DNA of 64,000 nucleotides from NCBI GenBank assembly GCA_031282145.1, contig JAITEG010000194.1:1373-65372 (forward strand). The letters run 5' to 3'. The notes beneath the pieces are model-generated. The model made no database searches. It was not told the origin of the DNA and saw only the letters and a list, made by a program, of their open reading frames with translations. The position numbers and the translations under genes are program-made. The stretch comes from Spirochaetaceae bacterium. Its GTDB lineage: Bacteria; Spirochaetota; Spirochaetia; Treponematales; Breznakiellaceae. Numbering within the stretch: the stretch's first letter is position 1; each line of letters begins with the position of its first letter. Below, in pieces: positions 30,722 to 39,683 of the stretch.

Positions 30722-32629
30722 ATGGCTAAAAAAAATGACAGTATTATTAGGGGGATGATAGTTGCGCTGGTAATGATCCTGGCTGGGGCGATTATCGCAA
30801 ACATCGCCCATACCAGTGCCGGTTTTGTCAAAATTCACGATATCAAATATGTTACCGAGGACGGCGCGGAAATGCGGGCTTTACTGTATGTGCCTAAAAG
30901 CGCAAGCGCCACAAATCCCGCCCCGGTGGTTATTTCCTGTCATGGGTATAACAATACCGCTGAAGTACAGGATTTAAACTGTGTGGAACTTTCAAAACGG
31001 GGTTTCATCGTAATGGCTATAGACGCCTACGGACACGGAGGTTCGACCTTCCCCGATGAAAGAATTAATCCGATTAGTGCCGATATGGGCACCTATGCGG
31101 CGCTGCAATATATCGGTACCTTACCCTACGCCGATTCTGCCAAGGTGGGCATGGTGGGTCATTCCATGGGCGGATCCACTATCCAGGCGGGGGCTGCCAA
31201 GGCGTGGCAGTTAAAACAAACCAATCCCCGGATCGTAGTTCCCACCGCGGTACTGCCCACCTCCCAGTCTTTTTCGCTTGATAGTGAGGGTAATGCCCTC
31301 TTAGCGCCCTGGCCCGTCAATCTGGGTTCGGTATATGGACAGTTTGATGAATGGGCTTTAAGCATGTGGGGAACCGTGAAGGGAAGTGACCTCAATACCA
31401 GTAAGATCGCCCAAGCAGGAATGGGATTCACCGATTTTCAATATGACACCTACTATGCTTACGGAGGGAAGGTCCCCCTGGACCGTACCGCCGCGGTTAA
31501 CGCCGCGAAACAAGGGCGGCTGAGGATAGTCTATCAACCGCCCCATGATCACCCCATGATCCATTTTAACGGAAGGGCGGTGGGAAATGTGGTGGACTTT
31601 TTTGATATTACCCTGACCGAAGGTAAACTGGCTTCCGTTTCCCAGAGCTGGTTTATTAAGCAATTAGGGACGGGTATTTCTATGATAGCTTTTTTTGTAT
31701 TTATCACTGCCTTTGGCCTTGTGCTGCTTAAAACCGCTTATTTCGGCGCCATCATACAGGCCGAACCCCAGGGACTCACCACGGTCACCGATGGCAAGAG
31801 CAGGCTGCGGTATATAATCATTTTTATTATCGGCCTCATTCCGGCGCCGCTCTTGTACAACTGGGCGGTAGGGTATTCTATTGATATCCTGGCATCGGGA
31901 AGGGCCGTCAAAATACTCATGCCCGCGAGCCCGGCTTTCCCCCTGCCCTGTGTGAATGGAATTTTTGTCCTCAACTTCCTTACCGGAATAATTACCGTAG
32001 TTCTTTATCTTTTTGTCTTCAAGGTCTTTGCCAAAAAAGCCGGATGTACCTTTGAAAATATGGGGATAAAACTTTCCGGTAAAGGGATCTTCCGCGCGGC
32101 GGTATTGGCGGTCTGTGTATTCGCGGCGGGATATTTTATGCTGACCCTCTGCGATTACTTCTTCAAAACCGATTTCCGTTTCTTTACGTTGAGTATCAAA
32201 ACCCTTACCCCTTCCAAATGGGCTATCTATCTCCGGTATCTGCCGTCTTTTCTGTTCTTCTTCCTGGTAAGCGCTATGAGTCAGAATACCTTTACCCGGA
32301 TCAACAATCAAAAAGAGGGGATCAATATCCTGCTTATTGTCATCGCGAGTTTTGGAGGGCTATTGGTCCTGCATCTGATTGACTATATTGCCCTGATGAA
32401 TACCGGCGTCAAGGTTTTCCAGTTTATTCCCTTTACCGATGGAAAAATCACCGCGGCCCTGGCCGGAGTGCTGCTCTGGGGGCTTTTGTTTATCCTCCCG
32501 GTGGCGGCCCTTATTTCCCGGATCTTTTTCCGGGCGACCGGGTCAATTTGGGCAGGGGCTTTTATTAATGCCCTGGTGGTAACCCTGTTCGCCATGTCTA
32601 ATACGGTGGTGGCGGCCCGGGTTATTTAG
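30722..32629 (+). CDS. Polytopic membrane alpha/beta-hydrolase (serine esterase/lipase-like)
   Basis: N-terminal TM helix, HGY oxyanion motif, GHSMGG nucleophile elbow and about 8 C-terminal TM helices. Confidence 0.85.
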   Translation: MAKKNDSIIRGMIVALVMILAGAIIANIAHTSAGFVKIHDIKYVTEDGAEMRALLYVPKSASATNPAPVVISCHGYNNTAEVQDLNCVELSKRGFIVMAIDAYGHGGSTFPDERINPISADMGTYAALQYIGTLPYADSAKVGMVGHSMGGSTIQAGAAKAWQLKQTNPRIVVPTAVLPTSQSFSLDSEGNALLAPWPVNLGSVYGQFDEWALSMWGTVKGSDLNTSKIAQAGMGFTDFQYDTYYAYGGKVPLDRTAAVNAAKQGRLRIVYQPPHDHPMIHFNGRAVGNVVDFFDITLTEGKLASVSQSWFIKQLGTGISMIAFFVFITAFGLVLLKTAYFGAIIQAEPQGLTTVTDGKSRLRYIIIFIIGLIPAPLLYNWAVGYSIDILASGRAVKILMPASPAFPLPCVNGIFVLNFLTGIITVVLYLFVFKVFAKKAGCTFENMGIKLSGKGIFRAAVLAVCVFAAGYFMLTLCDYFFKTDFRFFTLSIKTLTPSKWAIYLRYLPSFLFFFLVSAMSQNTFTRINNQKEGINILLIVIASFGGLLVLHLIDYIALMNTGVKVFQFIPFTDGKITAALAGVLLWGLLFILPVAALISRIFFRATGSIWAGAFINALVVTLFAMSNTVVAARVI

Positions 32630-32632
32630 GGT

Positions 32633-32670
32633 AGGAAACCGCTAAAAACTTCAGTTTTTAGCGGTTTCTT
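32633..32670 (+). terminator. Hairpin after the hydrolase gene
   Basis: AGGAAACCGCTAAAAACT-TC-AGTTTTTAGCGGTTTCTT, 4 nt after the stop codon. Confidence 0.7.
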
Positions 32671-32688
32671 AAACAAGTGCAAGGTATT

Positions 32689-32801
32689 AACCACGAGGGA
32701 CCATAGGTCCCCCCGCATGGAAAACACGGACGGTTTTTTGCTCCAATGTTGTTACTTTGTCCGTGCGGTCTGTGTGGGGGGGCCTATGGTCCCTCGTGGT
32801 T
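32689..32801. repeat. 113-bp MITE/REP-like long inverted-repeat element
   Basis: ~33-bp arms AACCACGAGGGACCATAGG... / ...CCTATGGTCCCTCGTGGTT with an inner CACGGAC/GTCCGTG stem. Confidence 0.7.
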
Positions 32802-32856
32802 TTTAATGTGGTTGACAGGCCGGGATTTCCGGCATAATGATATATCGGTAATTTAG

Positions 32857-33453
32857 ATGCAGAATATTCTGATAAAGAAAAAAAACTTATGCTCCCTGGA
32901 TTTTTTTCATGAGGTCCTTCACAGTACCCCGGTGATCCTGGCGGTAAAGTCCATGGATGGGCTGGAAAAAAGTATTACCGGGAGCAACCGGATCATATTT
33001 GTGCTTTTTGGCGACATCCTGAGTATTCCCGACATAGTCTCAAAAATCAAGGATGCGGGAAAGATCGTCCTGGTGCATGTCGATCTTATTGACGGATTGA
33101 CTTCCCGGGATATTGTGGTTGATTTTATCGCCGAAAACACCCGGGCGGACGGCATCCTATCCACCAAGACCAATCTGCTGAAGCACGCCAAATCCCGGGG
33201 GCTTTTAACGGTACAGCGTTTTTTTGTCCTGGATTCCCTGTCCCTGGTTAACATCGAAAAGCAGTTTCCGCTGGATTATGCGGACGCGGTTGAGATTCTG
33301 CCCGGGGTTATACCCAAGGTAATCCGCAGGATCGTCAAGCTGATCGATAAGCCTGTTATCGCCGGGGGACTTGTTTTGGACAAGGAGGAGGTACGGGAGG
33401 CCCTGGAAGCGGGGGCAGTATCGGTATCTTCATCAAATATGGACCTTCGGTAA
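32857..33453 (+). CDS. glpP: Glycerol-3-phosphate-responsive antiterminator
   Basis: VHVDLIDGL, DGILSTK, QRFFVLDS, EILPG and IAGGL motifs; close to glpK. Confidence 0.95.
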   Translation: MQNILIKKKNLCSLDFFHEVLHSTPVILAVKSMDGLEKSITGSNRIIFVLFGDILSIPDIVSKIKDAGKIVLVHVDLIDGLTSRDIVVDFIAENTRADGILSTKTNLLKHAKSRGLLTVQRFFVLDSLSLVNIEKQFPLDYADAVEILPGVIPKVIRRIVKLIDKPVIAGGLVLDKEEVREALEAGAVSVSSSNMDLR

Positions 33454-33470
33454 ATTTTCCGGTGATCCCC

Positions 33471-33499
33471 TTGCTATAAAGGGATACCGGTGCTATTAT
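33471..33499 (+). promoter_or_regulatory. Sigma-70 promoter of the Ldh_2-glpK operon
   Basis: TTGCTA-N17-TATTAT with a TGn extended -10. Confidence 0.65.
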
Positions 33500-33540
33500 T
33501 TTATATAGGTTGAGTAACAAAATTTCTTGGAAATCCTATT

Positions 33541-33602
33541 TGCTGAAGAGATTAAGAGTACAGCAAAATAGCCGGGGGGTTATTTTGCTGTGCTCTTTTT
33601 TT
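33541..33602 (+). promoter_or_regulatory. Leader attenuator 2 (putative GlpP antitermination site plus intrinsic terminator)
   Basis: TGCTGAAGAGATTAAGAGTA overlaps the stem AAGAGTACAGCAAAATAGC/GTTATTTTGCTGTGCTCTT, followed by a T-tract. Confidence 0.8.
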
Positions 33603-33680
33603 AGGAGTAAGCGATAACCCTTCGGGTTACTGTCCGATTAAACGTCGGCGGCGAAATGTCCGCTTTTTATAGGAGGAAAC

Positions 33681-34787
33681 ATGGTTCAGGTAGTGTACGA
33701 AAGTTTTGATAAAATGGAAGCTTTTATGAAAGACGTGTTCATAAAAGTCGGGGTACCCCCGGAGGATGCGGCGGTCTGTGCCGAGGTATTGATCGAATCG
33801 GATAAAAGGGGTATTGATTCCCATGGGGTGGGGAGGTTCAAGCCTATTTATATAGACCGAATCAAGGACGGTATCCAGAACCCCGTTACCCGTTTTGAGG
33901 TGGTCCGGGAAGGGCCGACCACGGCGGTAGTTGACGGTCACGACGGTATGGGCCAGGTGATTGGAAAACGATCCATGCAGATGGCCATTGAAAAGGCAAA
34001 AAAACTGGGGATGGGTATGGTGGTGGTCCGTAATTCCACCCATTACGGTATTGCCGGTTATTATGCCACCATGGCGACCGAGGCGGGGATGATAGGCATA
34101 ACCGGTACCAACGCCCGGCCTTCCATAGCGCCTACCTTTGGGAGAGAAAACATGCTGGGTACCAATCCCCTGACCGTGGGAATTCCCACGGACGAGGAGT
34201 TTCCCTTTGTGCTTGACTGCGCGACCTCGGTTTCCCAGCGGGGAAAAATTGAACATTATAACCGGATCAACAAAACCATGCCCCAGGGCTGGGTGGTGAA
34301 CCGGGACGGCTCGAGTGAAACCGATCCCGCCCGGGCCCTCGCGGGCCTGACCGCGGGGACTTCCGCCTTGGCGCCCCTGGGGGGCCTCGGGGACGAAACC
34401 GCCGGTTATAAGGGATACGGCTACGCCACGGTGGTGGAGATCCTCTCCGCCGCCCTTCAGCAGGGACAGTTCCTGAAGGCGTTGAACGGCATTGACCCTT
34501 CGGGTAAAAAGGTTCCCTATCACCTGGGCCATTTCTTTATCGCCATTGACGTGGCCGCCTTTGTGGAGCCGGAACAATTCAAAAAAACTACCGGCGATAT
34601 TCTGCGGGAGCTCCGGGCTTCAACAAAAATGCCCGGTCAGAACCGGATCTATACCGCCGGCGAAAAGGAATACCTCGCCTGGCTTTCCCGGAAAGGAGAG
34701 GGGGTCCCCCTGAATGAAAGTCTCAAAAAAACCATCAAGGCTTTAAAAGAAGAATACCACATGGATTCTTACGAATTTAACTTTTAG
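33681..34787 (+). CDS. Ldh_2-family (type 2 malate/L-lactate dehydrogenase-like) oxidoreductase
   Basis: RGIDSHG, NSTHYG, GTNPL, LDCATS, PLGG..GYKGYG and GHFFIAID motifs. Confidence 0.92.
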   Translation: MVQVVYESFDKMEAFMKDVFIKVGVPPEDAAVCAEVLIESDKRGIDSHGVGRFKPIYIDRIKDGIQNPVTRFEVVREGPTTAVVDGHDGMGQVIGKRSMQMAIEKAKKLGMGMVVVRNSTHYGIAGYYATMATEAGMIGITGTNARPSIAPTFGRENMLGTNPLTVGIPTDEEFPFVLDCATSVSQRGKIEHYNRINKTMPQGWVVNRDGSSETDPARALAGLTAGTSALAPLGGLGDETAGYKGYGYATVVEILSAALQQGQFLKALNGIDPSGKKVPYHLGHFFIAIDVAAFVEPEQFKKTTGDILRELRASTKMPGQNRIYTAGEKEYLAWLSRKGEGVPLNESLKKTIKALKEEYHMDSYEFNF

Positions 34788-34832
34788 TACCCGATTCCGG
34801 GGCTTACCGGAATTTAAGAGAGGAGTGGTGAT

Positions 34833-36320
34833 ATGGGGAAATATGTGCTGGCTTTGGATCAGGGAACCACCAGTTCCCGGGCGATCCTCTTTGATCGGGA
34901 CCAAAACATGATCGGGGTGACTCAAAAGGAATTTGTCCAAATTTACCCCCGGGAAGGTTGGGTCGAACATGATCCCATGGAGATCTATTCTTCCCAATAC
35001 GCGGTGATGATGGAGCTGATTACCCAACATGGGGTCTCCGCCGGGGATATCGCCGCCATCGGTATTACCAATCAGCGGGAAACCACCATACTTTGGGATA
35101 AAGAGACCGGCCGGCCCATCTACAACGCCATTGTATGGCAATGCCGCCGCACCTCGGACATCGTGGACGCCCTGGTGGCCGACGGCCTCGCTGACCATAT
35201 CCGCAAGACCACAGGGCTGGTGCCGGACGCCTATTTCTCCGGGACCAAGATAAAGTGGATCCTCGACCAGGTCCCCGGCAGCCGCGAGCGGGCCGCCCGG
35301 GGCGAAGTCCTCTTCGGCACCGTGGATACCTGGCTTATCTGGAAACTCACCAACGGGGCGGTTCACGTAACCGACTATACCAACGCAAGCCGTACTATGA
35401 TCTACGATATCCATAAACTCGACTGGGACGACACGCTGCTCAAAAAACTCGACATTCCCCGGGCCTGCCTCCCGGAAGTCCGCCCCTCCAGCTGCGTTTA
35501 CGGTACGGCGAATATTCAGGGGAGGGAGATTCCCATTGCCGCTGCCGCGGGGGATCAGCAGGCGGCCCTTTTTGGCCAGTGCTGTTTTAAAAAGGGGGAT
35601 GCCAAAAACACCTACGGCACGGGGTGTTTCCTCCTGATGCATACCGGCGAAGAAGCCTGTGAAAGCAAAAACGGCCTCCTTACCACCATCGCCGCCGGTT
35701 CCACCCCTAGGGTTGGGTATGCCCTCGAGGGCAGCGTATTTGTGGGAGGCGCGGTGATCCAATGGCTCCGGGACGAGATGCGGTTCATTACCGAAAGCAG
35801 CGACAGTGAATATTACGCCGGCAAGGTACCGAACGCGGGGGGCGTATACCTGGTCCCGGCTTTTACGGGCCTCGGGGCCCCTTACTGGGATATGTATGCC
35901 CGGGGCTGCATTATCGGTATTACCCGGGGGACCAAGCGGTACCATATTATCCGGGCGGCGGAGGAATCCATTGCCTACCAGAGCCTGGATTTGGTGAGGG
36001 CCATGGAAAAGGATACGGGCGCCCAGCTAAGGGAATTGAAAGTTGACGGCGGCGCCAGCCGGGATGCCTTTCTCATGCAATTCCAGGCGGACATCACCGA
36101 GGCGGTGATCCAGCGGCCCTTGATCCGGGAAACTACCGCATTAGGGGCGGCCTTCCTCGCGGGGCTTGCCGTGGGGATCTGGAAAGACCCGGAGGAGATC
36201 CGTTCCCGGTGGAAACGCGATACCGTCTTCACCCCCCGGATGGAAGCCGCTGAACGGGAAGCCCTGCTCGCGGGCTGGCATAAGGCCGTGGACCGCAGCC
36301 GCGCCTGGGCCCACCCGTAG
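34833..36320 (+). CDS. glpK: Glycerol kinase
   Basis: [40 protein letters not shown] and ETTALGAA motifs. Confidence 0.98.
   Translation: MGKYVLALDQGTTSSRAILFDRDQNMIGVTQKEFVQIYPREGWVEHDPMEIYSSQYAVMMELITQHGVSAGDIAAIGITNQRETTILWDKETGRPIYNAIVWQCRRTSDIVDALVADGLADHIRKTTGLVPDAYFSGTKIKWILDQVPGSRERAARGEVLFGTVDTWLIWKLTNGAVHVTDYTNASRTMIYDIHKLDWDDTLLKKLDIPRACLPEVRPSSCVYGTANIQGREIPIAAAAGDQQAALFGQCCFKKGDAKNTYGTGCFLLMHTGEEACESKNGLLTTIAAGSTPRVGYALEGSVFVGGAVIQWLRDEMRFITESSDSEYYAGKVPNAGGVYLVPAFTGLGAPYWDMYARGCIIGITRGTKRYHIIRAAEESIAYQSLDLVRAMEKDTGAQLRELKVDGGASRDAFLMQFQADITEAVIQRPLIRETTALGAAFLAGLAVGIWKDPEEIRSRWKRDTVFTPRMEAAEREALLAGWHKAVDRSRAWAHP
36223..36320 (+). repeat. 98-bp direct repeat, copy 1 (glpK 3' end)
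   Basis: Identical to 46032-46129 (CCGTCTTCACCCCCCGG...GGGCCCACCCGTAG). Confidence 0.95.
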
Positions 36321-36372
36321 GGGAAAGCCCGCTTTTTCCTTCTTGGGCCGGCTTTCTTTCCCGGTGATCCCG

Positions 36373-39300
36373 CTACTCATTATAATACCCATAGTAGTTA
36401 GTGTCTGGTAATTGTACAACGTGAGTATTTAAAATGGGACTGCCGTTACACGTGAAATAATTTTTATAACTATTGATATACGTCGAATAAGAATAAAAAG
36501 AGCTTAATAACTTCGTTGCCTGGCTGGTATCGGCGTTGTTTTTCCAGGACACGGGACTATCGCAGATAATAGCTGCCGCCGGTGGGGAACCACTCAGGCC
36601 GCCATAGGAAATGGTAATCGTAGCGCCGGGAGCCAAAAACACCTTGTTGTCCGGAGTCACCCTCCCCGAACCCGATAGACTAAAGGCGTTAAAGTCGGTA
36701 CTTTTAACATACACACCGTAGTTGGTGGTGTCGTTTTGGGTATTTCCCTTTATTATTCCACTTCCGTATGATGATTGGTAACCTAGGTGAAATGTCCCGC
36801 CGGCGATATACACACCGTTGGCGCCTATGGCCGCTATATTTGCCTCCTCCGGGAGCGCCCCGCCTATGATCCCGTTAAGGACTTGTAGACTTCCCCCATT
36901 GACAAACACGGCGCCGCCGGACCCGGCATCATCAGGACCACCGGTAGAATTCGTTGCCTTATTCCCCTGTATGGCCACCCCGTTTTCGGTACTTTCCAGT
37001 TGGCCACCGCCGCCGGCATCGATATACAAACCGCCGCCGGATTGTTTCTTCTTCGCTTCATTGTCCTTTATGAAGCCGTTCAGCAGGAGTAAGGACCCGC
37101 GATCATACACCCCGCCGCCGGAATCGGTTTCTTCGGCGATGTTTTCCGCTATGATCGCGGCAGCGCCAAACATCTCTAAGCGACTTGTGTTGTACACGCC
37201 GCCGCCGGAATTGACCGCGAACGCCCTGTTTCCTTTTATGATCCCACCGTACATATCTAAGTATCCGCCGTACACATACACCCCCCCGCCGGAGTCGGCG
37301 CCATAGGCCAGATTTGTTTGGATGATCCCCCCATTCATTAACAAGCCGCCAAACACCCCGCCGCCGGAACCACCGGCCTCGGCCGTATTTCCCCTTATAA
37401 GTCCGCTGTTCATGGTGAAGCCGCCGCCGTCGTTGTACACGCCCCCGCCGGAACCGGCGGATTCGGCGTGGTTGTTTTCTACCGCCGCGGCGGCGCCGTT
37501 TATGGCGAAGCGCCCCGTTGTTCCGTAGAGGTATACGCCCCCGCCTGAATGGACGGTCTGGGCGGTATTTTCCTTAATAGTCCCGGCGTTCAGGTTGAAG
37601 GTCCCCCCCGCAAGGACCCCCACCCCGCCGCCGCTCCGTTCGTTATCCGCCTTGTTGTATTGTATGGCCCCCCCGTACATATCAAATGACCCCTGAACGA
37701 CCAGTACCCCGCCGCCGGCATTCACGCCGGAAACAGTATTGCCGTCCCCTGGAACTTCTCCCCCGATGATCCCCCCGTTCATAACGAATTTCCCGTTTAT
37801 ATCGATAAGGACTCCGCCTCCCTGAGGGGCTTCCATGTTTTTGATTTTCGCCCCTTCGTTCAGGATGAGGGATCCGCCGTTGACCCATACCCCTCCAACA
37901 TCCCCGGTGGTTAGATTATCGCTCAGTACCGCCCCTTCTCCCAGGATCAGTTTTCCCCCGCGCCAGACCTTGAAAAGCGGGCTGATGTTGCCGCCATCGG
38001 GCCCCTTAAAAGTAATGTTCTGCAGGGTCACGGTAACGTCGACCCCTACCGTAATAATGACGCCGGGCTGAATAGTCAGGACCTGGTTGTTCCCGTCAAT
38101 AATAACGTTGGCCGGACTATTATCCCCCGCCATAAGGATGGTCCCGGCACTTATATGTTCTGACGGACCCTTGGAAAGCGCTATGAACAAGGGGTAGATA
38201 TAGTCCCTGTTTTCTTTCATCAGCCACAGGGCGCTGCCCTCGGTCTCAACCGGGCCAAAGGTCGTGGCCGGATTGGCGGAAGAGACCGCGGGGGCAAAAA
38301 TAATCCTTACCCTGCTACTGCCCGCCTGGTTGGTAACCCCTCCGGGGATAGCATCCCGATGGGTAAATACGTTTTGCCCTATCCCGGTAAAGGTATAACC
38401 CGATGCCGCATGCAAGGTAAGTTCCGCCGTATAAACCGTGCCGTATTGAAAGGTTCGATGGGCCGGCGTCCAGGCCACGGTCCCATTGTACTGGGACCCG
38501 GCGATGCCCGAAACCGGGGTCACGCCGCTGACAGGTTTGGTTATATGGCCGGTTAAAACGGTGTCGTACACGACCATGGCGCCTCCCGCGCTGCCGGTGG
38601 ACGAAAAAGTAATGCTTACCGTGCCGCTGTTTGCGGGATTACTGACGGGTCCGGCGCCGGTATGGATAAAGGTGTTCTGCCCCACTCCGGTAAAGGTATA
38701 CCCCAAAGCGGGGGTCAGGGTCACTTCCGCCGTATATCCCGTGCCAAATTGAAAGGGAGCCGTCAGGATGACCTGGGTTTCGGTGTCTTTCCAACTCACC
38801 TTTCCCGTATATTGACTTCCGGCAAAGGAGCTTACCGGCATGGTCCCGCTTACCGGTTTTGGCAGGTATGGGGTCAGGTTGAGATCGCTTATGACCGTGG
38901 CCTTCCGAGTTACCATATAGGTAACTGTACTGAGGTTCCTGGCATTGGGCTCATCATTGTTGTCGGGCTGGGTGGTTACCGTTTCCGGGGGATATTTAAA
39001 GTCCCACGCCGCGATAAAGCGATAACCCTGGTTTGCCGTCAGGCTTATTGTTGCCTGGTATACCTCCCCAGCCTCAAAGGTCTCATTGGTACTTATGGGA
39101 TTCGGTGAGCCTTTCACATTCCAGACTACTTCAACGGTCACGTCTGCCCTGCTGGTGACGGTCGGCTTTTCCCCGGCCAGGGGCATGGGTACATAACTTT
39201 GCAGGTTGTAGTCAATGATAAAGGTGATGTCCGCGTCGTCGGAGTTGTTATAGGTTACCGTCACGGTCCGGATGGGTTCCCCCAGGTCGTCCCGTTGGTC

Positions 39301-39672
39301 CGTTATCTTGCCGCCGGGATAGGCAAAGGGGGTGGAAGGAAAAAAGCCGTAGCCGGATTTGGGGGTGAGTTTTATTTCCGCCTGATACACCGTATCCCCC
39401 TCGAAGCGCTCAAAAGGTAAGGCTGCTTCAGCACCGGCGGCGTCTTTCCACTCCACAGTAAGCTCCAGGTCCTCCCGGTTGTTAACGATGGTCACCGGCT
39501 TTTCCCCTGTTTTTGGGATGGGGACATAGGTTTGCAGATTATAGTCACTTATATAGATAATACCGGTGCTTCCGTCCCGGGTTATCAAATAATCTTCCCC
39601 CAGGGGAACGGCGCATCCCGTGATCGCCAGCACCGCGGCGGACAAAACGATTAAAGCCTTAAACCCCGTCAT
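36373..39672 (-). CDS. Large lipoprotein, paralogue 3 (four ~95-aa repeats plus GGGV beta-helix repeats)
   Basis: Lipobox LAITGC; DYNLQ[T/S]YVP repeats; repeated 'GGGV..gg.F.m.gG.I..N.A' units. Confidence 0.88.
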   Translation of the reverse strand: MTGFKALIVLSAAVLAITGCAVPLGEDYLITRDGSTGIIYISDYNLQTYVPIPKTGEKPVTIVNNREDLELTVEWKDAAGAEAALPFERFEGDTVYQAEIKLTPKSGYGFFPSTPFAYPGGKITDQRDDLGEPIRTVTVTYNNSDDADITFIIDYNLQSYVPMPLAGEKPTVTSRADVTVEVVWNVKGSPNPISTNETFEAGEVYQATISLTANQGYRFIAAWDFKYPPETVTTQPDNNDEPNARNLSTVTYMVTRKATVISDLNLTPYLPKPVSGTMPVSSFAGSQYTGKVSWKDTETQVILTAPFQFGTGYTAEVTLTPALGYTFTGVGQNTFIHTGAGPVSNPANSGTVSITFSSTGSAGGAMVVYDTVLTGHITKPVSGVTPVSGIAGSQYNGTVAWTPAHRTFQYGTVYTAELTLHAASGYTFTGIGQNVFTHRDAIPGGVTNQAGSSRVRIIFAPAVSSANPATTFGPVETEGSALWLMKENRDYIYPLFIALSKGPSEHISAGTILMAGDNSPANVIIDGNNQVLTIQPGVIITVGVDVTVTLQNITFKGPDGGNISPLFKVWRGGKLILGEGAVLSDNLTTGDVGGVWVNGGSLILNEGAKIKNMEAPQGGGVLIDINGKFVMNGGIIGGEVPGDGNTVSGVNAGGGVLVVQGSFDMYGGAIQYNKADNERSGGGVGVLAGGTFNLNAGTIKENTAQTVHSGGGVYLYGTTGRFAINGAAAAVENNHAESAGSGGGVYNDGGGFTMNSGLIRGNTAEAGGSGGGVFGGLLMNGGIIQTNLAYGADSGGGVYVYGGYLDMYGGIIKGNRAFAVNSGGGVYNTSRLEMFGAAAIIAENIAEETDSGGGVYDRGSLLLLNGFIKDNEAKKKQSGGGLYIDAGGGGQLESTENGVAIQGNKATNSTGGPDDAGSGGAVFVNGGSLQVLNGIIGGALPEEANIAAIGANGVYIAGGTFHLGYQSSYGSGIIKGNTQNDTTNYGVYVKSTDFNAFSLSGSGRVTPDNKVFLAPGATITISYGGLSGSPPAAAIICDSPVSWKNNADTSQATKLLSSFYSYSTYINSYKNYFTCNGSPILNTHVVQLPDTNYYGYYNE

Positions 39673-39683
39673 CTTCTTGCTCC

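Noticed and set aside
32812-32838. glpP promoter TTGACA...CATAAT
   Set aside because: The spacer is only 15 bp; plausible but not supported well enough to annotate.
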